A stretch of 62,960 bases of DNA, filler included, from Pelomyxa schiedti (taxonomy: Eukaryota; Protista; Evosea), in the NCBI GenBank assembly GCA_020536535.1. It is 6 parts of 6 records of this genome, joined end to end, with 100 filler letters (N's around TTAATTAATTAA, not from the genome) between each part and the next. Parts side by side here need not be neighbours in the genome. Positions count along the whole stretch, not along the records: positions 36,882 to 52,937 come from JAHLWZ010000390.1; positions 53,038 to 59,363 come from JAHLWZ010001432.1; 4 more parts are not named here. One strand, 5' to 3'. The position numbers and the translations under genes are program-made. Below the pieces are notes generated by a model. That model did no database searches and was not told the DNA's origin. It saw nothing but the letters and a program-made list of their open reading frames with translations. Shown here one piece after another: positions 38,515 to 53,316 of this stretch. Position 1 is the stretch's first letter; the number at the start of each line of letters is the position of its first letter.

Positions 38515-39592
38515 TTAGTGGCCTTCACCAATAAGTGGTACGGCACCAGCAGCGTGAGAAGGAACGGGGATTGTCAGCCAAGGTGGGGTGGGTTCAAAAA
38601 ATGTGAAGAGGTTCCCGTTGGTAGTAAAATTAATCCCGCCGTCGATGCTGACCTGTAGTTTGGTTAACATGCAAGTTATAAAGGCAGATAAGATATGAGT
38701 GCAAAAACCTCGAGTGATACGACTCCAGCGGGATGTTGAGGTGTAATGACTTTAATGAGGTCTCTTGAATGTGGTGAGGGCGGGGATTAAAAGAAGGGAC
38801 TTACTCTGATACGAGTCTGGCAGGAACAATAGTACTGCCAAACTTACAAAACACGCTGGCTAAGTTAGGATTATGAGGAAATACGCCCATAACATCGACC
38901 TGGAAGAGCATGTGAGAGGAAAAGAAGCGAGAGGGGAAGAACTGTAAAAAGTACATAACATCAACCCGCCAGTTATACTGCCTTGCTTGGGGAAAATCTT
39001 GATTTTGAAGCTATGAGAAATCATTGCATACATGAAGGAGGGTGCATACAGCAGTTACTGATGCGTGCCTTTGAGGTGTTGTGTTGGTAGGTCCAGAGTC
39101 ATTGGACGTGTTCGTGCTTGGAGGCTTGGAAGAAGAGCTTATTCTCAACTTTGACATAGCGACGCGTAGAACAGCGCCGTCGTGTATTCCGCTTTCAGCA
39201 AGCGTAGCACTGTCTGTTCCAAGAAGTAGTAAGTAAGTAAGCAATGGGTGAAGTTAAATGATGTCAAATTAAGGAGAACCGCGAAGGACACCTGCCAACA
39301 TTGAACCAGCGTGCACGAGTTTCACCGTTGGCGCCGGACTTGGTTCCGATGACGCAGAAGTGGTACTCGGAGAGGAGGAGGTAGTGTTCATAGGCGGCAG
39401 TTTTTCTTCCACGGATGTCCTCAGCGACGATACGCGGTCGTCGGAAGAGAACGAGCCGACAAACACTACCTCGTCTCGTATGGTCTTCACAGTCACAGAC
39501 ACCCTGCCAGATCCAGATGCCGATGCCGACTCGTTACCGCTCGCTCCTTCCTTCCCCTCAGCGGCCACCGCCGGCTCATCGCCTGGTTTCAT
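38515..39592 (-). CDS. Ubiquitin-like + IPT/TIG domain protein
   Basis: UBL: VSVTVKT...KLVHAGSMLADSATLAESGIHDGAVLRV. IPT: IFPKQGSITGG...FCKFG...IKVITPQHPAGVVSLEVSIDGG.NFT...FTF. One splice junction is unresolved. Confidence 0.75.
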
Positions 39593-39668
39593 TTATTTTT
39601 TTTAGCTTTTGTTTCATCTGAGTATTGGCGTAGCGTTTAATTACGCAGTGAAAAGGTCCAGGCACGAG

Positions 39669-40778
39669 ATGGACATCGAGGAGGCACACTTTGGCAAGGG
39701 CGAGTGCCCCTTCAGCGGGTGCGTCGGCAACAACTGCCGCAAGTGCGACATGCACGACGACTGCAAATGCGCGTCCGCCTCGTCGTCCCAGTCTTCCGCG
39801 GCGTCGGCCTCTTCCTCTTCTTCCTCTTCCTCGTCGTCCGCAGCCGCCACCGCGACCCCCGACGAGCTGGGCTCGGAGCCCACCGACGACCAAGTTGGTG
39901 GCGACGGCGGGGGGGTGCCGGTTGTGGATGCGTCGCACTTTGAGAGGGTTTTGGCGATGGAGGCGGCGGACGACCCCGCCTACACCAAGACGATCCACTA
40001 CGGCGTAACCGTGGCTCTCAAGGTATGGCTTACCCCAACATAGATGGTACATACATACATATCTTCCCAACACAGGGAAGCTATTTTCTTTTGCAGTTGC
40101 TGGGTTTTTTTTTCGGGGGTGGGGGGGCGCGGGGGTATTTTATTGTGTGGCCAAACAATGCTGTATAGAGGGAATCTGATAAGGTCTGGATGGGTGCTGC
40201 ATCTGCTGTACTTTCTGGGGTGACCCCAGCTGAATTGTTTGACTTATATTGGGTGATTCCTAACCGAAGAAAGTGGGATACTTTCTTTAGGTATATCTAA
40301 TATTTGTGGAATCTTTCGCAGTACTCACAATCGAAGCAAACTTGAAGTGGTTCAAGAGTACCCTGATGGTTCCCAGCTATTCTATACAGCCTCATGGAGC
40401 CCCCCTCTGGTTGCAAAACGGGACTTTGTTCAGGTCCGCAAGTGCCACACCAACTCAGATGGATCCATTGTGGCAGCGTTCCTGCCTTGCACTCATGAGT
40501 CACTACCTCCGAAACCAGGCCGTATGCTCCCCTTTTGATTTTTTCCTCTCCCTCTACATTGTTCACTAAATCATTCCTCACGTGTTTCAGATGTGCGAGG
40601 TGTGGTGCACTTTTCTGGCTTTGTGATGCGGAGTGTGGGACCATCCCAAACGAAATTCACTCTAGTTACTTACGTTGACGTGGGAATGCCAATACGTGAC
40701 TGGATAATCCACCGGCTGACGTCCATGGCTGCCCGGTACTATCTCAGTGCTCTTAAAAGCGCCATCAAGTCCTCCTAG
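39669..40778 (+). CDS. START lipid-transfer domain protein with short Cys-rich N-terminus
   Basis: NRRKWD, PPLVAKRDFVQVR, HESLPPKPG.VRG, TKFTLVTYVDVG. Confidence 0.85.
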
Positions 40779-40994
40779 TACCACAATCACGCCATATCTC
40801 GGTCCCTATACATAGAAACATATCCGGTTCCAAAATTAGATCTAAAAAAAAGAAAAGAAACCAAGAAAGAAAAGAAAAAGAAAGACCGCCAAAACAACGA
40901 CCACTCTAACTCAAACCACGCACAAAAAAACCTTTTCGTATTCGCGAAGTGTCACGTTGTGCTGACGCCCCGAGCATCCCACAATCCCAACCGA

Positions 40995-42591
40995 ATGAGC
41001 CAACAACCGCAGTACGTCGGGTGCGCGTGGCCGCCAGGAGCCCCAATGCCACCCCCTCAACAACAACAGGCACAGCAGCAGGCACAACAGCAACAGCCAC
41101 CACAGCAGAACCAGCAGATCCAACAAATGCCCCCTCAGCAGCCACCCCCGCCGCCACCACAAATGGCTCCTCAGATGGCCACACAGGTCGGACCACCAGT
41201 GATGATCAAACAGCAGACCCAGCAGGTCTCGGTACAGCAGATGCCTCCCCAACAGGTGCAGGTCCAGCAAGGCCCGCCTCAGGTCGTGCAGTCGTCGTCT
41301 GCTCCCATAAGTACGGGCACGGCGGCGCCGCCACCTCCGCCGCCGCCTCAGGGTCCTCAGCAGCCCCCTTACATTCCAATGGTGCAACCTCCGTCGATGG
41401 TTGGCGGGCCTCAGCCTCAGTCTATTGTGGCCGTGGGGATCCCCGGTCCCACAATTCCTATCCAGTCCCTGCAACAACAGCAGCAACAGCAATTGGTGGC
41501 GATGCAGCAGCAGCAACAAAATATGGGGGCGGGATCACAGGTTGTTGGCGGAATTATGGGTCCACCGCCCCCCGGGCAGCATTACATGAAGGGTGTGATG
41601 ACGTTTCACCAACCGACACCAAAGAAGGGCAAGAAACCGGGTTCTGCAAGTTACACCAAGCCGAGCCTTGAATGTATGTTTGATACCCTATTCTTACATT
41701 ATTTAGAGCTTATTTTTGTATTCTTACACAGATTTGATTTCCCTTGTTCAAAGAAGAAAGCCAAGAGGACCGGAAGAGTGGTCATACTTAGCTGAGGAGT
41801 ATAATATGTGGACACAAGGCCAACCAAAGGAAAAGCCAAGAACGGGAGCTGCTCTTTCCATGAAGTATGCTTTGGTTCATTTGAAGGTCTTTCACTCACC
41901 GCCAATGTTTCAGATTTAAGAAGCTTGCTTCACCTTCAAGTTGCTCTCCCTTACAAATGGCAGCAAGGCAAGCAGAATCCAGTATTTACTCCCAGGATCC
42001 AGATGACTACGATTCAACCGACGAATCCGACAAGGTAATAGGAAACCAAAACCAAACAAGAAAAACAAGTAGTTTTCTTAACCCTCAACTCTAAATAACA
42101 CACAGGAGGATGCTCACTCCCACACACAAAGCCACCTTGTAAAAAATGAACATCCACCAAACCAACCCGAGTGCAGCGGCATCCCAGGTCAAGCCGGCAC
42201 CCCGCAGGACGAGACCTCCTCCACAACCCCATCGAAGCCGGCAACCAAGAAGCCCAGAATCGCGCCGCCCACGGCCAACAAGGACTCCCCAATGAACTAC
42301 GTGGCTCAGCTGCAATCCCAGATAGAGAAGACCAGGAAGACCCAGAAGGACCTGAGCAAGAAGAAGCTCAAAGAGAAGAAGGCCAAGTGGAAGCAGGATG
42401 AAGAAATGACCAAGGCTTCACTGGCCCTGGACCGCGAGAGGCTCGACTTCAACAAGGAGAGACTTACCTTTGACAAGGAAATGCTCAAGGCTTCAAAGAC
42501 CTGCCCACCACACAAGTACGTAAAAGTACCGGACTTGACCCCAGTGGTGCTTTTTTGTCAGAAGTGTGGTGTGTCAAAGAACTTGGAGTGA
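40995..42591 (+). CDS. Q/P-rich protein with Myb/SANT-like (DUF6818-like) domain, coiled coil and C-terminal CxxH...CxxC
   Basis: GSASYT...LISLVQRRKPRGPEEWSYLAEEYN...RTGAALSMKFKKL; ERLDFNKERLTFDKE; CPPHKY...LFCQKCG. Confidence 0.65.
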
Positions 42592-42851
42592 AGGATTACT
42601 TACATGTGCATGACCGTACCAAACAAAGAAACAATACGTGGGAAACAGTACTACTACACATAATGAATAGAGTAAATAAAAGCCTTTTTCAGGGTTAGAA
42701 ACAGAGGGGTTTTTTTTCGTGTTTGTTTCTTTTTTGGTGAGAGTTTGTTATTCAAGCTTGTACATAAAGACAAATTAACAGTGTAGAACATGGTGTACAG
42801 TAGAAACAAAGCCATGCACATATGAACAGTATAAGCCTTTCGTCACAGTGG

Positions 42852-45800
42852 TCAATAAAACGACTGTGGTAGCTTCCCCATCTTCTCAATGCGCGTAATG
42901 ATGTGCTTTCCATAAGTCACCTTACGCAGAGCAGGAATGCTTGGCTTAATCTTGCTTATCAACAATTCTCTTTGTTCCTCTGTTGCTATGTCCAGTAATT
43001 TTTGGATGACGTAGTTGGCGAAAGGGTCCTTGACCATAATCAACATGGGCATTCCATCCTGCTTAGGGCCCAATATCTCAGAAATTATAGCTGAGCGTTC
43101 AGAAGAGCTGGAGAATTGGACACACTTCTCCACAACGTTACTATTGGGGATAAATCAGTCATGTGTTAAAAAAAGGAACGAAATTAGTTTACCTTGCGAA
43201 TTTGTGTTGACTCAGTTGCACATACTGCCCCGCCAACTGAGAGATAATGCGTGTCTTATGGTCTGGGAGACCATGCTCCAGTATGTGTTGAATCACATAA
43301 TTTCCGTATTGGTCTTGCACCAGGAGGGGGATGTAATTGAGAAGCTCTTCGAGTATAGGTCTCTTTGTGCGTGGTGAGATTTTAATACCTGAAAACTTCT
43401 ATCATACAGTTTGTATGTCATTGCAGTGCTCGAGAATTCGTTGGATTACGCGGCAACCATACGGGTGCTGGGCAAGGGTACCAACTTGGCCTCGGAACGA
43501 GTCCACTATAAACTGAATGTGCTCCGGCCTTACACATTCAATGCACTTCTGTATTACATGGTTGCCGTTCTGATCTTTCACGCATTTGAGGATTTCACCT
43601 GAGAACGAAATGAAAAAAAAAAATATGAATTCCAACAAACAAACCATCCAGTTCCCTCACTAATCTTTCCTGCATCGATGAATCAATATGTTCCAGTGCT
43701 TTCTGAATCACACGGCAACCATACATTTGAAGTGAAAGAGAAAGAACGGACCCTTGAAGAGCCTGTGCCAACTGCTGGCACTGCTCATCAGTTCCTGATT
43801 ATTACCATTATTGGAGAATGTGTATGTAAGTAAATCTACCATGCTCAAAGAATTTTTGAATGACGTAATTTCCAAAGACGTCACTGATAAGTGATTGCGC
43901 ACTCTGTATAATTTCCTTGAAAACGAGTTGTTTTTCATGTATTCTGCACACAGAGTGAGGAAGGAGTGTTAAATTGCTTGTTCACACGTTGCTGTTTCAA
44001 GTTTTTGTTGTATAAATCGAGACCCATGCTGATCCTAACAGAGGATGTGTTTAAAGTTGGGAAAATGTATGGAACACCCACACCTGTGATACTTCAGAAA
44101 CGTGTCCGATGATATCCTGGTTGGTTGGGTTAATATTACTTACGAAGAAAGAAAACACTGCCATGAGTTGGGTGGGAATGTAATACCCCAAGGGTAAAGT
44201 TGCGGCCTTTGTTGCCCCGCAAATCATCCAAAAAGGAACTCGTGGCGGCTGGTATGAAATTGCTGCTGGGTTCTTCTCGTGCCCACGGTTGCCCTGAAGC
44301 TGCAGGTGAGAGAGTGCATGAGGGGTTATTTATGGCAAAGGCAAACCAATCACTTTGCGAGGAAATGATGTTCGCGCATATGCAGATCCCTCGTTTGTTT
44401 GTGACAACGCACTGTGATCAGATCCCTGAGGGAAAGTCAACACAAAGAGTGGCAGATGATGGGTCAGTGTTTATTTACCCTGCGCCCCGTCATGTCAGCA
44501 GTGGGAATTACGGGCGATGTGGCACCCCTGGGCACATACAAGTCATTGCTCACCACCACTCCATTCGATGCAGGGGTCAGAGGAGGGAGTCGACTTTCTT
44601 CTTTGGGAACTATTGTGGGTTGTGGAGGCGTGTAAGATTGGAATGGGTGTGCCGGAGGTGGGGCTTTCATGTGACTTGCTGCTGCGTAGGGAGTTGCAGG
44701 GATCAAAGGGTTGTATGGAGAATAAGCCGGCACTGAGACTTCAGGATAATACGAAACTGGTGGCACTCCATAGCTTGGAACGGAATTGCACTTCTGGGCC
44801 AATGTGAGGGACTGAAAAGCATGCGCCACAGAAACAACAGCAACAGCAACTACAACAACCAACCTGAGACTCGATGGCTAGTCGTGACATGGACTCTTCC
44901 AGATTATCTGGATAATACTCATATTCTGGCCTTGTTGCTGGATATCGAAGGTTTCCAGAGCGAGACTCGGGCGGAGACCATACCACTGGGGGTTGGGAGT
45001 TTTGAAGTATGGGCGATTGCTGCTGTTGCTGTTGTACACCGTAAAATGCAGCTTGAGGTTGCATTGCCCTGAAAGGCTGGGGTGGTGATTGTGTCACAGG
45101 ACTCGGTTGTATATCAGTCTTGATGTGCAACGGAGGAGTAGAACCCAAGATGCGTTTCTTCAAGGAATGAATAAATGGAGATGGAAAGAGAGAGAGAATC
45201 GTGTGGGCTTCTCACCTCCATTTCTCGCTCTTGACCGAGATCGGCAAAGCAATCTCCATTTGAGCGCACTTTTTGGTAAACTGGGGATGGGGTGCGAGGG
45301 AAATCGTGTTGAATTTTTTCCAAAACCTAAAGAAATTGAAGAGTTGATACCACTTCAGATAAAGGCTCATGGCATACAGATTTTGGTGATGCAAGAGGGG
45401 AAGATGGGCTATTTGGCGCTTCCGCTTCAAAGGCCCACACTTTACCATCTCCCCGTGGAGTCTAAGGCAAGGAGGAAAGAGAGGGGCTCCTCAATTTGAG
45501 AGAAAACAAAATGTTTTACACACAGTTTGCTTGCCGGGAGACATTGCAGCTCCTCCAACAACCATCACCCGTTCCTTGCGAGGTTCGAAGGTGGAGTTGG
45601 GCGTGGAATTCATCGCACTGCCCTTGGCCGCCTCGGGTTGCCAATTCCACGCTGGAATGGGCGGAGGGAGGCGAGGATCGATGGGACGTCGCGAGAAGTA
45701 ATACTGATGATAGACAGGGTCCTTTATTTCGTTAACAACGTGAGTGCAGTTTTAGTCACATTGGCATGAATTGTCACTTACCATGCGAAATTCTTGGGAG

Positions 45801-46156
45801 GAGAAATCCGAGAAAGCCGGGTCTGGGGTGTGCACCTGCTGTAAGAATATATGTTGTTGGAAAACAAGAAAAGGAATTGATCTCCAAATACGCACATCAG
45901 GGACCAAAGAAGGAGGAGCAGAAGAACTCCTCGTGACAGCCTCGCTGTCCAGCAGCTGCGTAAAATCATGTTGTTGTTGCTCCTCGCTGTAAGGAATTCC
46001 AACGAGCCTCCCATTGAACGCTACGCGCGACGCCAGAGGCGAACCTGGTACTTTCGCGACAGAAGGAGAGAAAGATCTCGGGGGCGGCAGAGTTTGTTCG
46101 TTATCGTCATCCAAAATACTCGCAACCCACCTCACTGCCGGGTTGCCCTGGTCCAT
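42852..46156 (-). CDS. Pumilio/PUF RNA-binding protein (classical Pum type)
   Basis: PUF repeats [92 protein letters not shown]; N-terminal RSSSAPP. Confidence 0.95.
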
Positions 46157-46491
46157 TTAGATCTCGGTTATTCTCGCTCAGCCCGCACTTCTCGTGCTCC
46201 ACGCACCCCCCACCCTCGCTTCCTTTGTTTTCCTTCTGTGTTTTTAGCATCATTTTTCGCCTGCTTCCTGTTAACATGTCAGATCTGCAGTAATTCCCCG
46301 GCGTCAACATCACAAGTTGGCGGGCCAGAGTTAAGTTCACATTTTAAAAATAATCAGGTAGGGAGGGAGTGGGGAAGAGTTGGGGCGAAGAAGAGGAGTT
46401 TGATTAGGGACACTGTGTTGAAGGAAACGAAAGATCTTCCGAAACATCGTTTTGTTCCAGAAAACCACGGTCCGCCCTTCTGCCGGTTCTT

Positions 46492-48378
<1,887 letters not shown>

Positions 48379-48657
48379 ACCTACCCCTAACTAATTTAAC
48401 CTGTAAAGAAAATAAAGTTTTGTGCTTGACTCTGTGATTTCACCTCCCTCAAATAGGGACTTCACCCCAAGTCCGTGAACATCATAAAGAAACCGAAATT
48501 TCAAGTTACTTTTCGCCGAACTCCCGTTGATTCGATTCCATCAGAGTGCTCGTTTGACATCAGTTGCCTGTGGCTGCCTTCGATCTAGAGATCTATTAAT
48601 GCCCTGCCTGTCACCAGTTTTTTGATTTCTTACAGAACCAACTAAAAAACAACGAAA

Positions 48658-50216
48658 ATGAAGGTGCCACGACCGAGCGCTGCGCTGGCCTTTTTGGTTG
48701 CGTTTTCGATCTGCTCATTTCTGACGCGAATTCGGCTGCATCGTAGATATGGCTGGGATTGGGGGCAGTGGCCTAGAGTGGTTTTGGGAATAGTGCTCGC
48801 GTTTTTGACTTTCCCGCTGCGTATGACTGAACGACTTCTCACGAACAAGACATTGCAACGCAGCCGTATTTTCCCTCCCGTTTTCATTGTTGGGCACTGG
48901 CGCAGTGGTAAGGAATCCCTGCCAACATATTTGGAATCAAACCAACTCGTTACTATGTCAGGCACGACTTTGCTTCACACTCTCATCTCGCAAGACCCCC
49001 AGTTTGGTTTTGTGCCCAGTTACCAAGTGTGCAGTCTCGCTTGCTATTTTGCCCTTTTGAAATCCACTTTAGGTGTTTGCAACTAAATTTTCTGATCTTT
49101 GTGAGTTTGAGGTGGCAAAGAAGATCATTAATGGCCTTATACCTGTAAATAGAGATTTTGATAAAGTGGAATTAAAGTTCGAGGGCCCTCAAGAGGAAGA
49201 AGTATCTGATGTTGTATTCTTCATCCTCTAACAGCATTCTCAACTAAGTTGGCAATTGCTGATAGAGTACCATACTCCGTGTTTCACTGTTATTGCTTCC
49301 CCAAGAATTTAAAAGACCTCTTACGTTACGTTACACTGGAAGATGTTCCGCAACATGAAATAGATAGACTAAGAATAGCCTACTCTACTGTATTGTAAAG
49401 AAATATAGCTACCCTTACACTGAAGTTTTCAACCTTCTATAGGTTCTTCGTAAAGCTCACCTTGTAATGAACGGAAAACAGCTCTTAATAAAAAACCCAG
49501 CCAATACAGGACGTATGCACGAGTTAATGTCTTGGTTCCCGGTAACAAATCATTGACAATTTAGCGAAATACCAATACCCCTCCCAGGGTTGCAAGTTTA
49601 TTCACATTTATCGAAATCCATATGCTACTGCACGCTCTTACCTCCACATGAATCAAACAATGTGTCGAGCTTGCTCTCTCCAAGACTTTGACGACAACCT
49701 CGTACTTTGTCAACAAGTAGCCAACCAAATACCAATTTCCACTAGGTGTGGAGAAACACCCTCGAGTCCATTGCAACAGTGGAGGGGAAGTATCTCAAGG
49801 ATAGACCGACAATGCCACCTGGCACTCTAGCTGAGGTTCTATTCCCGCACCCCTTGGTCTCATGTCTCATGTCTCATGTCCCATGTCCCATGTACATATA
49901 GGTCAAGTACGAGGAATTTATGCAGAACCCCGTGCAAGAACTGGCCCGTGTTTACAAAGAGCTTAATATACAAGGGTTTGAGGCTGCTGCGCCCAAATTC
50001 CAACAGTTCCTCAAGACACAGGCGGAATTCCAACCAAATGTATTCAAGTGGAAACGGGAGCTGGTGGCAGATGTAAATGAAAGTTGTGAGTTCCTCTTTG
50101 AACCATATGGCTACCAGAAACTCTCACCGGCCGACATGGACTCGGCTGTGGATCCCAAGACCCCAAACTCCAAACTGTCCCAAAAAGATACCACAGCAGA
50201 AAAGAAAACCGAGTGA
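48658..50216 (+). CDS. PAPS-dependent sulfotransferase (Sulfotransfer_3-like)
   Basis: PPVFIVGHWRSGTTLLH.LISQDPQF, PQEEE, LLIKNPANTGR, KFIHIYRNPY, VKYEEFMQNP. The start codon is uncertain. Confidence 0.88.
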
Positions 50217-50311
50217 ATAAACCAGAGAAATTAAATTATAAAACAATTTTGGGATTCTTTTTCTTTTTTTTTTTGGCGTAGCAACAAGAAGGATTAAGTG
50301 TCACTGTCAGG

Positions 50312-50917
50312 TCAGGGTTCCCAGAAAAGCTCTGGAGAAACAAGGTTAGAGAAATGGTGGTGACACAGAAAGTTACTGTGGAATTTCTTTATGCAGCCTT
50401 GAAACGGTGGGACCTTGGGGTGTGTATGTGTTTGGTTCCACTCCTTGGCTTTGCGGCAGATGGAGCATAGCAAATCAGTGCCTTCCATTTTCTGTGCCTC
50501 AACTAGGGAAGCAAATTCCCCAACGAAAGGTTGGTTTCTCCAGGCGTGGTATTCCTCATACAGCGTGGAGTTTCTCTTGAGTAATTGAAGGTATTTGCCC
50601 AGGTGGTCCAGACTGGTAAAATCCTTCACATGAATAACCGAGTGTTCAGGTGTAACCAAAGTCTTTGACCCCAAGTAAACTGGTACACTGCCGGCATATA
50701 ATGCTTGCCATAACTAAACCTTGTTACACCACACATGAATAACAACGTACCTTTTCAGTTACATAGCCTTCACACACACTATTTTCAAAAGCCAAGGTAA
50801 ATAAGTGGGTGGCTATGAGATCTATTTTTTCTAGAGCACCGGCCGTAGAATATCTATATTCGTTTTTAGCCAGGTCAGCGTTGTGCAGTCGTTTCCCATA
50901 GAATCCCACTGATATAT
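50312..50917 (-). CDS. GT10 alpha-1,3/4-fucosyltransferase, C-terminal part
   Basis: FTLAFENSVCEGYVTEK|LWQALYAGSVPVYLG...IHVKDF...YEEYHAWR. Confidence 0.9.
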
Positions 50918-51017
50918 NNNNNNNNNNNNNNNNNNNNNNNNNNNNNNNNNNNNNNNNNNNNNNNNNNNNNNNNNNNNNNNNNNNNNNNNNNNNNNNNNNN
51001 NNNNNNNNNNNNNNNNN

Positions 51018-52241
51018 GCTTCACACTCTCATCTCGCAAGACCCCCAGTTTGGTTTTGTGCCCAGTTACCAAGTGTGCAGTCTCGCTTGCTATTTTGCCC
51101 TTTTGAAATCCACTTTAGGTGTTTGCAACTAAATTTTCCGATCTTTGTGAGTTTGAGGTGGCAAAAAAGATCATTAATGGCCTTATACCTGTAAATAGAG
51201 ATTTTGATAAAGTGGAATTAAAGTTCGAGGGCCCTCAAGAGGAAGAAGTATCTGATGTTGTATTCTTCATCCTCTAACCGCATTCCCAACTAAGTTGGCA
51301 ATTGCTGATAGAGTACCATACTCTGTGTTTCACTGTTATTGCTTCCCCAAGAATTTAAAAGACCTCTTGCGTTACGTCACACTGGAAGGTGTTCCGCAAC
51401 ATGAAATAGACAGACTAAGAATAGCCTACTCTACTGTATTGTAAAGAAATATAGCTACCTCACACTGAAGTTTTCAACCTTCTCTAGGTTCTTCGTAAAG
51501 CTCACCTTGTAATGAACGGAAAACAGCTCTTAATAAAAAACCCAGCCAATACCGGACGTATGCATGAGTTAATGTCTTGGTTCCCGGTAACAAATCATTG
51601 ACAATTTAACGAAATACCAATGCCCCTCGCCAGGGTTGCAAGTTTATTCACATTTATCGAAATCCATATGCTACTGCACGCTCTTACCTCCACATGAATC
51701 AAACAATGTGTCGAGCTTGCTCTCTCCAAGACTTTGATGACAACCTCGTACTTTTTCAACAAATAGCCAACCAAATACCAATCTTCTCTAGGTGTGGAGA
51801 AACACCCTCGAGTCCATTGCAACAGTGGAAGGGAAGTATCTCAAGGATAGACCGACAATGCCGCCTGGCACTCTAGCTGAGGTTCTATTTCCGCACTCCT
51901 TGGTCTCATGTCTCATGCACATATAGGTCAAGTACGAGGAATTTATGCAGAACCCCGTGCAAGAACTAGCCCGTGTTTACAAAGAGCTCAATATACAAGG
52001 GTTTGAGGCTGCTGCGCCCAAATTCCAACAGTTCCTCAAGACACAGGCGGAATTCCAACCAAATGTCTTCAAGTGGAAACGGGAGCTGGTGGCAGATGTA
52101 AATGATAGTTGTGGGTTCCTCTTTGAACCCTATGGCTACCAGAAACTCTCACCGGCCGATATGGACTCCGTTGTGGATCCCAAGACCTCAAACTCCAAAC
52201 TGTCACAAAAAGATACCACAGCAGAAAAGAAAACAGAGTGA
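51018..52241 (+). CDS. Sulfotransferase, partial second copy
   Basis: Same exons as the 48972-50216 copy. Confidence 0.85.
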
Positions 52242-52330
52242 ATAAACCAGAGAAATTAATTATAAAACAATTTTGGGATTTCTTTTTCTTTTTTTTTGGC
52301 ATGGCAACAAGAATGAGTGAAGTGTCACTG

Positions 52331-52937
52331 TCAGGGTTCCCGGAAAAGCTCTGGAGAAACAAGGGTTAGAGAAATGGTGGTGACACAGAAAGTTACTGTG
52401 GAATTTCTTTATGCAGCCTTGAAACGGTGGGACCTTGGGGTGTGTATGTGTTTGGTTCCACTCCTTGGCTTTGCGGCAGATAGAGCATAGCAAATCAGTG
52501 CCTTCCATTTTCTGTGCCTCAACTAGGGAAGCAAATTCCCCAACGAAAGGTTGGTTTCTCCAGGCGTGGTATTCCTCGTACAGCGTGGAGTTTCTCTTGA
52601 GTAATTGGAGGTATTTGCCCAGGTGGTCCAGACTGGTAAAATCCTTCACATGGATAACCGAGTGTTCGGGTGTAACCAAAGTCTTTGACCCCAAATAAAC
52701 TGGTACACTGCCGGCATACAATGCTTGCCATAACTAAACCTTGTTACACCACACATGAATAACAACGTACCTTTTCAGTTACATAGCCTTCACACACACT
52801 ATTTTCAAAAGCCAATGTAAATAAGTGGGTGGCTATGAGATCTATTTTTTCTAGAGCACCGGCCGTAGAATATCTATATTCGTTTTTAGCCAGGTCAGCG
52901 TTGTGCAGTCGTTTCCCATAGAATCCCACTGATATAT
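52331..52937 (-). CDS. GT10 fucosyltransferase, partial second copy
   Basis: Same FENS...YVTEK motif and exons as 50312-50917. Confidence 0.85.
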
Positions 52938-53316
52938 NNNNNNNNNNNNNNNNNNNNNNNNNNNNNNNNNNNNNNNNNNNNTTAATTAATTAANNNNNNN
53001 NNNNNNNNNNNNNNNNNNNNNNNNNNNNNNNNNNNNNGAAGCACATTGGTGTGTCTGTTGGCCGTTGGCGTGCTGCAAACTGTGTGCACACTGTTTTCCC
53101 AGAAAAACGCTCGTTTTTTGATCGTGTGCACACCGAAAAAGTTTGGGCAGTCCCAATCGTCTGCCACCCTTCTCTCGAAAATAGGGAAAATAAAAAGAAA
53201 ATCATTTGATTGGCGAAAGGTAGTATCTAGATTAGATTGCTGCCTTGGTTCCCAGGGACATGTCCCCTAATGTTACATTGACATCAGTCCCCAGTCCGCA
53301 CTTTGTGAGGGAAGTG

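Larger units (their letters stand above)
51018..52937. repeat. Second copy of 48972-50917 (sulfotransferase 3' part and GT10 3' part), probable alternate haplotype
   Basis: Colinear with scattered SNPs and intronic indels; both copies stop at the same base (...cactgatatat) before Ns. Confidence 0.9.

Noticed and set aside
48972-52937. Real tandem duplication of the sulfotransferase/GT10 pair (and 1-1074 versus 15649-16734)
   Set aside because: Copies are gap-bounded, start and stop mid-gene, and differ like alleles. Uncollapsed haplotypes are more likely, though read depth is needed to be sure.
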